Shown in pieces: positions 11,441 to 25,733 of a DNA stretch of 64,000 nucleotides (position 1 is the stretch's first letter; each line of letters starts with the position of its first letter). Position numbers and translations under genes: made by a program. The stretch covers positions 80,662,001 to 80,726,000 of the forward strand of contig NC_045700.1 of assembly GCF_009834535.1 (NCBI RefSeq), written 5' to 3'. Below the pieces are notes generated by a model. The model was not told where the DNA came from. It ran no database searches and worked only from the letters and a program-made list of their open reading frames with translations. Source of the DNA: Camelus ferus (Eukaryota).

Positions 11441-14415
11441 TGATGTTATAAAAGAGTCTTCAAGCTCTAACATTCTGAGGTCTGTAACCTATGATCAAAG
11501 CCATTCTGTCCTCTTTTTATGAACCAGGTCTGTGATAATCCTGCTCCAAAGCAAGAGAGTAGACAGAATGATTCTCTTCCATCCTGCCCTCAGAGAGACC
11601 TTAGATATCTTGAATTCAACTATAAGCCACTGGGACCATTGGCCACTCTACCAAAGTCCATCTCTAGGTGACATGAAGACACCTGGCAGTTGAGGACCGA
11701 ATCTTGCTCGGCAGCCCTGGCCCCTTCCCACCTTATTTTGTATCTTTATTTTCTCATCTGTATTACAGAGGTAATAATCTGTACTTTTGAGGATCTCCAC
11801 ATACGTGTCTAGGAGTGAACAGTTAAGATCCAATCTCTTACTCTCAGTCGTTATCTTCTGCTCCTTGCCTCTTGCTCTTGCTCCCACTCCCAGATCCTTT
11901 CTCCCTCCTCTCCTAAGTGCACCTGCATCAGTTGTGACCATCCTTCCAATCCTACCTTCAAGCACCAGAGGCAACACTAAGACCTACAACACCAGGGTTC
12001 TAAGCTGCATTCTCTGGGCAGTTTGTTTAGCCAGTCTCCTAGGATACAGGGGAAAATGAGGCTGAGCAGAAGAATGTGCCACTCAGTATCTGAACCCAAG
12101 TTTTCCTCCTCCTGGACTACAGTTTCAAACTCCCCACAGAGGATGAAAAACAGAGCTATTGGGAATAAGAGGAGAAACAAGAGAGGAAGAGGTGATGGAG
12201 AGAAGAGAAGAGGAGAAGGATCAGAAAAGGAGAGCAAAGGGAGGCTGACTTAAGTGAGCAAATAAGGAGGCAGAGAGCAGATCAGGAGAGAAAAGAGTAA
12301 GCTGGAAAGAAAGAAAAAGGAAGGGTCAGGCAGAAGATGGGGAAAGGAAAGAAAATGGGAAGAAAAGAAAGGCTATTAAGTGGGATATTGTGGGAACATG
12401 GAATGATGGAGGCAGAGACAAAACATTGATGCCCCTCAATGATAGCTCTCCTTTAATCTGCTTCCTAGAGAAAGCCCTTTCTAAGGGCAAAGTCTTGGTG
12501 TGATCTCTGAGCTTGTCAGATGGAAACCTCAGTTCTAGTCCCAGTTCTGCCACTTAATTCATCTGACTGGCAGTTCAGCTAATCTTTCTAGTTCTCTGTC
12601 CCCTTCTCTATAAAATGAAGTCCAGCTGTAATATTCTGGTGGATCCTTGAGTTGAAATTGGCCATCTAATGGCTACATGTCACCTGCATACAAGTTTAAA
12701 ATAAGGATTCAGGAATGGGAGCAGGATCAGAAGGGCATGCCAAGCCCTGAAGTTGGAAGAGTTTGACAAAAGAGGATAAAATAATTTTCTAAGGCTGATT
12801 TGAGAAGAGGGAGCTGGTGTCCCAGCACTTGGGCTCTGTTCTCAGGCTTGCCTGTTTCAGGACACTGTAGTGAGGCTCCTGGACATAAGCATAAGGGAAA
12901 GTAATTCTGTCTTCTTCCAGGGCCATGGCCCACCCATCCCAGAAGTTCAGAGGGGAGATAAGGCAGGAAGTTGGCAAGGGGGATTAGACTTCAGTCCCAG
13001 GCTAATCACATTCCACTGTAGAGTCTGAGGACCTAAGACATCTAAGAGGGATCTGTTTCTTTTCAGTCTTCACACGGCTTTTGCAAACCTCAGTTTCCAA
13101 ACTGTTCATCCCACCCAGCAAAGCAGAGATGCTTTTCTGTCTTTCAGGAAGCACTCTGGCATTCTTATTCTATCCAGAGGTTTCTTTTGATCTCATCCAG
13201 GCTTACATATTGAGCTTCAACCAGCAAAATCTTTTCTTCTTAGAACTGTTGCTGGGTTCTTGCTCTCCTGAGCGCTGCCTTGAGTTATCTCTTCCGCTTA
13301 CGTTCAGACTGATTCCTAACCTTCTCCTCTCCCTCTGGGCACTTGTGCATGTCTACTCCTTTAGAAAACCTTCTCTGGGTCCTGCAGTCAGGAAAGCTGT
13401 ATTTTCTATGACTTCCACATTATTCCTAAAAACTTAACATGCTGGGTGACTTTATAAGCTCTTCCTAATAATGAGAGGGCACTAAAATGCTGTGTGACCT
13501 CAAAAAAGTCACATCACATTTCTGGACTTCTGCTTTTTCATTTGTAAAATGTAGGGAGTTGAACTGCCTGATGTTTTAATGGAGCACTAACTGGTTACTT
13601 TAAGGATTCTTTGTTTTTCAGATGTTTACCACTGTTAAAATTTTAAACTTATTGATTTAAAAAACCCACATTTCCATTCAAGTGTAGATCCTTTGCTCAT
13701 ACAAAAACACATAGCTTTATGTTTCATGAGCTTGGCTAGTTAGTTTCAGCATAATTTGGTCAAGAATTGAGTATATTTCTTCTAGGGGCAGAGCTAGAAT
13801 CAAAGTGGCCACAAATTAAGTCTTCGTTCTTTTCAAGGCAAGTTTGCTATTAGCTACTAGGAGAACTTAACCAGGACCTAAATTATACAGCATATATTTA
13901 AAGATAGTACTTTTTTAGTAGGTAGAGAAGACTTGAAAATGCAGTTCTGAGATTATGTAATGTATCTGGTCCATTAAAACTGTGAGAATAACTGCTGTGA
14001 AAAAGAGTGTATAATAAACTTTACTGTGCGAAGGTAGAAAAGGTGGCTTATTTAGCTAAGTACAGCACTAAGTGTTGTAGAAGAGACAAAAGAAGTGCTC
14101 TGCCCTAGCCCTTCAGGAGCAGAGGCTCTGGAATCAGATATATTTGGGTTTAAATTCTGAATCCCTATGTGACTGAGGCAGGTTTCTCCGCCTCTCTTAG
14201 CTCAGAGTCACCAAATTCAAATAGAAGTAAAAAGAGCTATAAGCTATGTAGATGAAGTAGCTGACATACAGTGGAACACTAGTTTCAAGAAACACTAGTT
14301 TCCTCCTCTTCCTCCCTTGATCTGTTATTTTAAGACCATCAAGTTTAACCTAAAGCCTCTTGCTCCTCCTTGCTCTTTTAGGTGACTCTGGCATCAGTTG
14401 GTAAAGCAGTGGGTG

Positions 14416-17400
14416 ATGGCGTCCCTGCTGCAAGGCCGTGAGTACTTCTGCAGGAGAAGAGGGCTTGGGGAGACATCCTAGGGTTGGGGAGGAGGCTAGA
14501 CCCCTGCTGGAGAGCTCCTGAGCCCTCTACCCTCCCCTCCAGCTACCCTGTCCCTGCTTCTCCTGGCTCAGGGCTGCCCATCAATCAAGACCTACTGCTG
14601 ATGCAGAAAGGCACGATGATGCGCAAGGTGAGGTCCAAAAGCTGGAAGAAGCTAAGATACTTCAGACTTCAGGACGATGGCATGACAGTCTGGCATGCCC
14701 GGCAGGCCGGAGGCAGGGCCAAGCCCAGCTGTGAGTGATGTGGATAGCTGGGGCGGGGGGGGAGGGGGGCACATGGGTGGATACGACCCTGAGGAGCCCA
14801 GCAGCCTGAGAGCTGGGGAAGGACCTGTGTCCTATTTGTGCTCCTGTCTGGTCCCATTTTGTCTATGTCTGAGTCTGTAAAATGGAAATTGTAACACTAC
14901 TTGCCTCTTAAGTCTGTTACGAGGATCAAATTGGTTATTGCATGCAAAGGGCTTAGACGAGTCCTGGCACATAATAAGTCTTAACAAATCACAGGTTATA
15001 TCCTGTTGTTAATATTATTTTAAAAGCATGATCACAGGCATCAGACTGCCTGGATTAAAGCCCTGGCTCTGCCAATTTCTAGCTTAGCGGCTCGGGACAA
15101 GTTACTTAAACTAAGTTTTAGTTTCCTTATCCATAAAATCGGGATTAAACAGGACTTGCCTAGTAGGTTACAGAGGCTCAGTAAGTTAATGTATAAAGCA
15201 TCTAGCATGAGACCTAAAACCAGAATGCATTTAATAAATGTTAGTCATTATGATAAATATTTTTAAATATCATAAATGTATCATAACTGTGCATCCCATT
15301 GGCCAAACACTTTATGATCCCTCTAAAAATTCGATCACAGGACACATCTAAGAGAATCTACTTTCAAAGTTCATGATCCACACCACCCCCAGCTAAAGAA
15401 AAGGGGTGGAAGAATTTCTTTGGCTCCCTTCTAGACATCTGGAAAAAGAAAGCACTCCAGCCTGGAATGGGAGAATTGAGTTTGGGAATTCATGCTTGGG
15501 TGTAACTGCTTCCCCCCTACAAGTGTGTTACTATTTGTCAGTCCTTTCAGGACTGTGAAACCACCATGTGGACTGGCCATGGAAGGGACCATCCCTTATT
15601 TAAGATGAGGACACTGAGCACTTAAGTCATTTTGATCTGGGTCACACTGCCAGCTGGTGGCTGGAAGCCAGGTCTTGCCACTCCTAGCATAGACACCTTG
15701 CCATGCTGCCTAAGAAAACAGCAATGGCTCATGGGGAATCCTGAATCCCAGGGGTCTGCATCTCCCTGTACTAAGACTTTGGAGGTTTCAGCCTGTGGAG
15801 GCTGGGGTCTCTCCTCCTCTGGCTTCCCAGAGAAGAAGGGGATACTGGTCCTTAACCTTTAGCTGCTGTAATTTGGTGGACTCTCTTCCTAAGTGTCCCC
15901 ACTTGCTTCCTCTCTGCCAGTCTCAATCTCTGACGTGGACACAGTGCGTGAGGGCCATGAGTCTGAGTTGCTGCGCAACTTGGCAGAGGAGCTCCCCCTT
16001 GAGCAGGGCTTCACCATCGTCTTCCACGGCCGTCGCTCCAACCTGGACCTGGTGGCCAACAGTGTTGAGGAGGCCCAGGTCTGGATGCAGGGGCTCCGAC
16101 TGTTGGTGGACTTTGTCACTAGCATGGACCAACAAGAGCGACTGGACCAGTATCGACAGGATGGAGTCAGAGCTGGGGCCAGGGATCACAGAAGGAGCCA
16201 GATGCTGCAGGGCTGGGGACAAGTGGGAGGGGGTACAGGGCCAGGGAGGCCCAAGAATCCAGATGGGGTGGGAAGGGACAGCTCAGCCCAATGTGAGGCT
16301 GAGGATACTGAGGGAGGATTGACAGCTTGCAAAGGCAAAGCCAGGCAGAGTCTGGGCAGGAATCAGGGCCCACAGGATTAGGGGAAGGGACAGTGAGAGG
16401 CAAAGGACCAAATTAGGAGTTGATCCTGAGAGCTGAACAGAGGATCCCAGTGGCATTAACTACCATAGGGATGAGAAGCAACCCCTTAGAGGTCTTAGTG
16501 GTGTCAACTCACTTCAAGTTTCCTAGATTGTATTCACCTTCTACACCAGTTCATTCATTCATTCACCATCTGTTAAGTAGAATGTATGGGGCACTAGGCC
16601 AGGCTTAAGAGGTACAAAGATTAATGAGACTCAGATATTATTTCAGTCAGTAGAGAGAATGGAATTGTGTAAATAAGCAAAGTACCATAGAAGTGTTATG
16701 TTACTTAGGTTATTTGTGGGTGTTCAAAAGAAGGAGAAATATTTAATTTTAGCTGGGAGGGTTCTGAGAAAGTTTCAGGGAGGAAGTAGCATTTGAGCTG
16801 AGCCTTGAAAATGAACAGCCCCTGAACATGAAGAGAGGAGGAGGGAAAGGCACTCCTGCCTGAGGGAACAGAATGAGTAAAGGCTCAGAGATAGGAACCT
16901 GAAGAGCAGAGAGAGGAACATCAGGAAGCAGGGAGCTGCTGAGTCTGGCTGAGGTACAGAGAGGACAGAAATGTGTTGAGAAGGCTGGGTTGGGACCAGA
17001 GCATGGAAATGAAGGAGATCTTAACATCTATGGCAAGGAATTTGGGCTTCTTTCTGTAGGAAACAGGGAGGTTCCTGCAAGCACCTGAGCCATGCAGGGA
17101 CAAGATAGATTGGTGCTCTGGGGAGATTATTCTGGAAGATAATGGGGAAAATGAACTGGCATGGGGAAGAGACTGGTGGCAAAGACAGGGGAGCAGATAT
17201 TGTTGGATGAATATGCACACACACACACAGTGTTTTTGCCTTGACTCAGACCTGGATGGCTGAGTGATTGGTTCCAGCGTGGAGACAAAAACCAGGATGG
17301 TCGCATGAGTTTCAGAGAGGTCCAGCGGTTACTGCACCTGATGAATGTGGAAATGGACCAAGAACATGCCTTCCAGCTTTTCCAGGTGAGTCTTCTGGAG

Positions 17401-20400
17401 AAGGATTAGCAGAAGCCAGCCAAGGCCGCATTCTTACTTGGCCAGAGGTCCTCTGACCCTATCAACACTCATTTGTTCATTCTCTCCTATGTGCCCTAGC
17501 ACTATGCCAGGCTCAATGGGAAGAGTAGGACATGATTCTTACATTTCAGTGTTGTTGGAAAGATGACTCATAATCTTATGAAAGGTAAATAACAACATGT
17601 TATTACATCAGAGCTCAGGAACCTCTCCGTCCTTGGTCAGAATTTCCTAAGTGCCTGGTGCAGTGGAAAACTCCAACTGGCATGTGAGTAAATAGGAGGA
17701 GAGATCTTCTGATCTTTTAGCAACCTGTTGGGGCATTTAATTCTATCTAGTTGAAAATTTTCTCTAGTAGCAAATAGTATGGCTAAAATTTTGTTTGTGT
17801 TTTACTTATTGAAGTGGCTTCCTCTATGAACACTAAATCTCAGGAGTTCTGTAGGGGTTTTGTAGAAGTATGTTTGGATCTATCAATAGTATTGCCCTTA
17901 GAGGGCAAGTCAAAGCCCTAAAATTTGCTGTTAAAGGGTCTGTCCACGTTCCTCTAAACCTTCTCTTGCAGACAGCAGACGCATCCCAGTCTGGAACTCT
18001 GGAGGGAGAAGAATTTGTAAATTTCTATAAGTCATTGACTCAACGTGCTGAGGTACAGGAGCTGTTTGAAAACTTTTCATCTGATGGGCAGAAGCTGACA
18101 CTGCTGGAATTTGTGGATTTCCTCCAAGAGTGGCAGAAAGAAGGAGAACGTGCTTCTGACCTTGCTCTGGAACTCATCGACCGCCATGAGCCTTCAGATA
18201 GTGGTAAGAGGACTGGGGTGGAGAGGCACTAGACATGGGGGCTAGATGGCGGGACAATGATTAGAAAGGTCCAGAGACAAGCAGCCTTCTGCCTGACCAA
18301 AGGAAGGCTGAATCCACCCCTACTCCGGCCCCCTGCCCAATCATTTTCATCTTATTCAACACTCCTCTGGAAGGAGAGAGTCATTTTCTGCCCACATAAT
18401 ACATGAGTCTCCTCTGTAGTGTTAGATCTCTCAGGAGGAAGAATATTCCATAAGTCCCCTTTCCTCCACCATGCTCATGTTTCACATCCTTCTCTTTCCT
18501 GATACGAACCTTTGTCCTAAGTGGAATCAGAAAATCCTTGGTCCTCTTGCTTTTGGCCTTTTCTCCTCTAGTGCATGTATTCCTTTTCTTCTAGTTTCCT
18601 TCATGGTTTCTGTTGACTGTTTCTTTAAGTGCTGGCTCTCTGCCCTTTCCTGAGCTTTCTCCAAATTCTGCAAGTGGTTCTTGAGTCCTAAACCCCTGAA
18701 CCAAGAAATTAGCCCTGGGCTGAGGGGGATGATGAGGTGACCAATCACTTAGCTTTTAACAATCACAGCTAAAATCTGCCTCCTCTGCCCTCAAACCTTT
18801 CTCCTTGCCCCTTTGGTAGATACCTTTCTGCCCACCCCTACCCCTGAGTTCCCTGCAGAATGTGAGGAATTTACATTATTAATAAGAAGTGACTCACAAG
18901 GCATTTCCACATCTCTTACTTCATCTAGTCCTCACTATAGCCTTGTCAATCAAAAGCAATAACCTTTATGGGCCTTTGCTAAGTATCCCATAATGTGCTA
19001 ATATCTCTACATGACTTTTGTCTTCTAATCATCCCAACAATCAGTTGAAGTGGGTTTTATTATTAAGTCAGTTGTGCAAAAGAGAAAAACTGATGTTTAG
19101 AAAAATTAAATGACTTGCTTCAAGTCCCCAGATAATGAGAGGAGGAATTGGATTTCAAACCCAGGTCATCTGACTCTTACCAGATGCCTCTCTTGAGAAT
19201 GAGGATTAGAGAGGAGATGAATCAGAGCTGGACAAGTGATCAAGTTTGTCTGGGTCTTGACCCCCACTCCGTTTCATTCATTCATTCACTCACTACTTCA
19301 GCTAATGCTCACTGAGCACGTGTAGTGTGGCAGGACTCAAGCCAGGCACCAGAGATGTAGCAGTAGGTCAGACAAGGACACTGCCCTCAAGGAACTTGAG
19401 GTCATGGAGTCAAACAGAAAGTGTTACTGATTCCAGATTCATGTGAGTGCACAGAAAAGAAAGGGGCTGTAGGGCAAGCATTTCAGAAAACTAAGTAGAA
19501 GAGCAAGTCACTGTGATGTTCTCCCTTTGCACTTGACTATTGGATACTTCACTCTGGCTGCAGAGTGTGGTATCAGTCAGGAGACAGGAGCTCAAGTCCC
19601 CACTCTGCTTCTTACTGAGTAACCATGGGCAAGTTGCTTAACCTATCAGAGACTCAGTTTTTTCATTTGTAAAAAAAATTGGTGATCAAAAGAAATAATG
19701 TACATGAAATGGGTCTAGCAACTGTGGACTTAGCCTAGTGATTACAGTCAAGAAAACCCCTTTGTGCCCAACTTCTTGCTGTTCTCACCCATCCTTAGGC
19801 CTTGTCAAACCCAGAACAAGGAAGCTGGGCATGAGTGTCAAGTTGTTCTGCCTCCTCTGCAGCAATGTTACCCTCAGTGAGATTGCACAATCCAGTGGTG
19901 CAGGGCGTGGCTCTGATGCCTCACTGCCTGTGTTCAAATCCCAGCTCCTTCACTTATTATTTACGTGACCTGGGATAAGTTACCTAACCTCTCAGGGCAG
20001 GTTATATTACACCTTCCTGTCATGTTGGTGAGGGCATTAAGAGAGCTGCTGCATGCAACATCCTTGGCCCAGAGCAAGTGCTCAAGAACTGTTAGTCATC
20101 ACCATTGTTATTACATGAAGCCCATGCTGAGGTGGGCGAGGGCTGTGGAAGGAGTGACAGGGCCCTGCCCTCAGGAAGAGTGTAGTCCGAGGGAATGTTG
20201 GACAACACTCCTCAAAACACTATATGGGAATTGACAATAGGAAGAAACCTTCAGGCCATAGCTGGCAGCAGCTACACAGTCCAGGGAGTAAAACACAGGT
20301 ACCTTGGTCTTGTCACTAACAAGTCTTTGACTTTGATCCTCTCCGAGCTTCAGTTTCCCCAACTATGAAATTAGCCCTTTGGACTGAATACTGTTCTGTC

Positions 20401-23400
20401 CATTATGGTAAACATGAGCTGCATATGACTATTTAAATTTAAATTACAGTCAGCCCTCTGTATCCACAGTTTCCACATTTGTGGATACAGAGGGCCAACT
20501 GTACCATGCCATCTTATGCAAGGCACTTGAGTGTGCAGATTTTGGTATCTGCTGTGGGGAAGGGAGAGGTCTTGGAACCAATTCTCTGTGAATACTGAGA
20601 GATGACTGTAACTAAAATCAAAAATTTAAGTTCACTTCCTCAGTCACACAGCTATATTTCAAATCCTCGGTAGTTTTGTGTACTTAGAGGCTACCATATT
20701 GGACAATGCAGAATAGAATATCTCCATCATTGTAGAAAGTTCTATTGGACAGTATTGGACTACGATGATCTTAATGATTCCCCTTATAGCTTTAACATTC
20801 CCTCAGGGTGGGGGTGATTGACCCTGGAAATGACAGACACTGGATGAGGCAAGTTTGGGATCTGGAGGCTGGGAGTGGACACCATCTGAAAGGCCAAACC
20901 CTGGAGAAGGGTGGGGTGGAGAACCGGCTGTAGGTGTGCTGGATACTTCTGCTGAGAGTTTCTCACTTTAACATTCCCCTACTCCATACCCTAGGCAAAC
21001 TGCGGCATGTGCTGAGCATGGATGGCTTCCTCAGCTACCTCTGCTCAAAGGATGGAGACATCTTCAATCCGATCTGCCTCCCTATCTACCAGGATATGAC
21101 TCAACCCCTGAACCACTACTACATCAACTCATCCCACAATACCTACCTAGTGGGGGACCAGTTTTGTGGCCAGAGCAGCGTGGAGGGATACATACGGTGC
21201 AGTGGCGAGGAGGGGTGAAGGGGTCCAGCTCATGAGAAGGGCACATCTTTGGGAAGTTGAGGGGTGCTGTCAGTAGATAACAGAGATTGAAAAGTTGCTG
21301 GGCAATTTGGGGCTGAGGGTCCCTGGATACCTGAGAGACTTGGAGGAGATATTGAAGACTAGTAGGAGAGTGATATTGAAACCCTATGGCTAAATGCAGC
21401 TTCTCTCTCTTTCACAGGCAATGCAATTCTCTTAGAACTAAGAGGTCCTGACAGATTTATTTTGAATAAATAAATAAATTAAATGTTAAATGGAAGGCAG
21501 TATAGCCGAAGAGTTAAAAACATAGGTTCTGGAGTCAGACTATTTGAGGTCAAATACTAGCTCCCTCACTTTGTACTCTGGACCTAAGTATTTAACCTCT
21601 ATATGCCTCAGTTTCCCCATCTGAGAAATAGGGAGGCTTATAATGCCTATTCTGTCCAGGTTATTGTGAGGATTAAATGAGATAATCCATGTATCAATAG
21701 CAAATAAATGGTATCTGCTTTTATTGTGATTAATCATTGATTAGATCAAGATATCTGTGTAGTGCCAGTGGCTGATACAAAGATGAGTGGAACATGTAGT
21801 TTCTTCCCTAGGAAGTCCAGTACAGAAAACAAAATGTAAATTTACCAAGAATTTGAGTAACTCATGTGTCATATAGTGACATACAACCAAAACACCAGAA
21901 GGCAGTAAGTGATGGCTTGCTAAGGAAAGATTGTGAGTTGGGTGGGGTGGGGTGGAGCCAAGATCAGTGTGAGCTGTAGCAATGTCCCAGTAGAAAGAGA
22001 AGGGTCCATGGAGATGTAGCTTGAAGGAGTCTTAATCGATAAGTGCCGCTGAGCACTGTTCTCTCCAAAGTGGGGAGAGATTCCCTAGGTGGAAGATCAG
22101 ATCTTAACCCCTGGGGGGTTGGGTTCTTGCAGGGCCCTGAAGCGGGGGTGCCGCTGCGTGGAGGTGGATATATGGGATGGACCTAGCGGGGAACCTATTG
22201 TTTACCACGGACACACCCTGACCTCTCGCATCCCATTCAAAGATGTTGTGACTGCTATAGCACAGTATGCCTTCCAGGTAGGAGCCTCAGGGATGGAAAT
22301 ACTGGTGAGGCAAGAGGATGTGAAGGAAGAGGGTCTCGGTCTGAGGTGGGTGGAGGGAAGCAGGGGAGGTTATGGAAAAGGCATTTATGTAAAAGATTTT
22401 AACTGTGAAGCATCAGGCAAATTATTAAGGGATTGTTATGAATAAGCGTTGGATGTGTTACTAGTAATTGTTAGTCATAGAGGTAATTGCTAGAGATTAG
22501 TAATTATTACTTCTAACAACTCTTATCACCCATCTGGGAGAGGGTGGATGAGGAAACAGACAAAGTGGTGGGTAGAGCTGGGAGACAATAGGAATCTGGA
22601 AATGAAAGCCTGAGGGTGTAACATGAACACATAACTGGGGGAATAGCCTGACTTTCCCATTCTGAGCCTGAAAACTCAAAAGGTCCTGGAAGGACCTGGG
22701 CCAGACCTGACGCAGATCTGAGACTTGGGAGCCCAATAGTGACTTCTAGATGTGGGGTAGGCCCCAGACCCAGGAAGACCCCCATGAGGCATGACATGGG
22801 GTTGGAAGATCTTGGCAATCAGGCACAGTTGAGTGAGTATTTGGGGGGCCTGGAGAAGGAAGGTTACAGGCTTCAGAACTCTGACCCTGGCATGCCTCTG
22901 CTCCCCATCAGACATCAGACTATCCAGTCATCTTGTCCCTGGAGAACCACTGTAGCTGGGAACAGCAGGAGGTCATAGCACACCATCTGACCGAGATCCT
23001 GGGGGAGCAGCTGCTGAGCACCACCTTGGATGGGCAGCTTCCCACTCAGCTGCCCTCCCCTGAGGTAGGGACCCTGCTCCCACAGCCCAGGCTCCACTAT
23101 GGCTTCCCTGTTGCCCCACTTTGGCTCCTTCCTCCATGCCCATCTTGTTCCCTTCTTCTCACCCTCAGGTGGACCATCTTGCTCTTTAATATCCTTGGAG
23201 ACAACTTTAATTTAAAAAATCTAATTCAACATAGAATTCTTTATATAGTTCTCTAAATTTTAAATCATTTATTTACTTTATATTTCTTTTTCAATGGAAA
23301 ATCTTAATTATTTTCCTGATAGTTCATAATTGTTGTAGGCTATACAAACAGTATAGAGAAAGGGAAATGTCCCCACCATAATCTCAACCTCTCCCACAAC

Positions 23401-24891
23401 AGCTGCCAATAGACTTTTTTAAATGCTTATGTAAACTGTGTATGTGTATATATATTCACATTTTAAAAAACATGAATGGGATCATCCTTTATATCCTTTT
23501 TATATCTCACATATATATCATGAATGTCTTTTCAAGTATCATTTTTTTCCTTTTTAGCAACTCTATGGTATTCCATTTTTTTATTGATCATAATTTATTC
23601 AACCTATAGATGGTAAAAATGAGTAAATGATAACCATTTAGGTTGTTTATAATTTTTCACACATGCAGCTTTGCCCATTTACTCTTTCTTTCAAATGGAT
23701 TCCTAGAAGCAAAATTGCTGGGTTGAAAAGTTTGCATGTTGATATTTTTGGCTGTTATTGTCAAGTTGCCCTCTGGAAAAAATACCAAACTGCATTCCAA
23801 CCAACAGTAACAAGAGAGCGACTACAAATAACTCTAGTAGTGAGATGATTCAATGGCAAACATGAAAAAAAGTAAAGTTTTTTTTTTAAAAAAGGTCTAT
23901 GTTTTCTTCTTTTGAATTGATATCATTTACCCAATTTTATTAGGGTTTATAATTTTTGTTGATATGTAACAATTTTTTATTTTAAAGATATTAATGCTTT
24001 GGGAAATATTTCTTGCTGTCTATTTTTCTTTTGTCTTTATAGCATCTTCTGCCTCTTAGAGGTTTTTAAGTTTTATGTAGTCAAATCTGCCAACTATTTT
24101 TATGTCTTTTAAGTTTTCATCTCATGATTTTAAAGGTTTTCCCACTTTAAGATTATTCAAAAGGATTCTCTACTTTCTTCTAATACTCTTATGTTCTTTA
24201 TATTTACATGTAAATCTTTAATCTATGAGGAATTTTTATTAAATTCTATTATATTTGTTAAAACTTTATTAAATTTATTAAATTTTGTCAAATGTAAGGT
24301 GTAGGGGGTTCCCATTTATTTTTCTCTTTATGGTTAGAGATGTTGCAAGTTTGCTTAACAATAGGAAATCCCTGTTGTATGTATCAAGCAGCTTTCCTGT
24401 GGGAATTTCTGACCACTCACTCATTTCCTTTGCCTTTGAGGTGGCCCTGTGAGAGCAGTGGGAACTGCCTGATCCCCAGGTGGGTTCTGGAGCAAACAGG
24501 TAGACAGGTCCCTTCTTTTTGTCCCCTAGGAGCTTCGGGGGAAGATTCTGGTAAAGGGGAAGAAGTTAAAAACACTTGAGGAGGACTTTGAGGAAGAGGA
24601 AGAAGAGCCAGAATCTGAACTGGAAGGGGAGCAGGAGGCTGAGCTGGAGCTGGAGGCCCAGTTTGAGTCTGAGCCCCAGGAGTTGAGCCCTCGCAGTAAG
24701 GACAAAAATGAGAAGGTAAGCCAGGAGAGTGGTCTTTCTGCTCTGGCATTTGAATAGTCTGCACCACAAGCTGAGAGCTCACGTGTGAAGAGACTAGAGC
24801 CATGCAGGGTGAAGGGCCAAGGAGCAAAATGCTCCTTGCCTCCAGTGAAAGAGGCATTTAAAAATATATAACATAGCGTCTGTCTGTCTGC

Positions 24892-24944
<53 letters not shown>

Positions 24945-25685
24945 CATAGTCATATTTAGATATATTGCAGTGGCTTTCCAAATTCTGTGGGCTGTGAAAT
25001 CTTTCCTTAATGAAATCTTCTGTGGAAGATCAGTGTACAAAATTGATAAATGCAGAGCCATCCTAGTTGAAGCACCTATCTGGCTCTTTCCTGGATCCCC
25101 CAGGTGACTTCTGAGGTTTCTTTGTATTACTTCCCAGTCTCCTTAAAGGCCAGTTTGAAAACCACTGATGTGTATGTGTGTGTGTATGTGCACTTATTAT
25201 TATAAGGCATTATTATACTGGGTAAGTAGGGCTTAGTAGAGTGACTGCTGTGACTTCAACTAAAGTGGGCTTAGATAGAGAAAGCTTCTTGGAAAAGGTG
25301 AGTCTGAGGAGGAGCCAGAAACAGCCAAAGAGGAGTAGCAGGAAGAGTTGAGCCAGGGGTGCCATTGGTGGGACCACCAAGATCCTGCTTTGAAGTCTGC
25401 ATTTCTCTCTCTTGTGCACTTGCTTGGCTCAGCTGACTGACTCCCAGCTTATCCTGTTCTTTCTGGAGCTGTGTTGCCTAACCTGCTGCCATGCCCAGGG
25501 ATGGAAATGGGAATTCAGGAGAAAAATCTTAAGATACTACTCTGGGACTCTCACATCCTTCTAGGTGTGACTTCCATGGCCATTTGCACACCTTGACATA
25601 TCTGTCTGGGCTCATGTTCATTTTGACAAAAAAGTATTGTTAATTTGTTTTAAAAGATGAGAGTTAGGGAGGATGACATCTCTGT

Positions 25686-25733
<48 letters not shown>

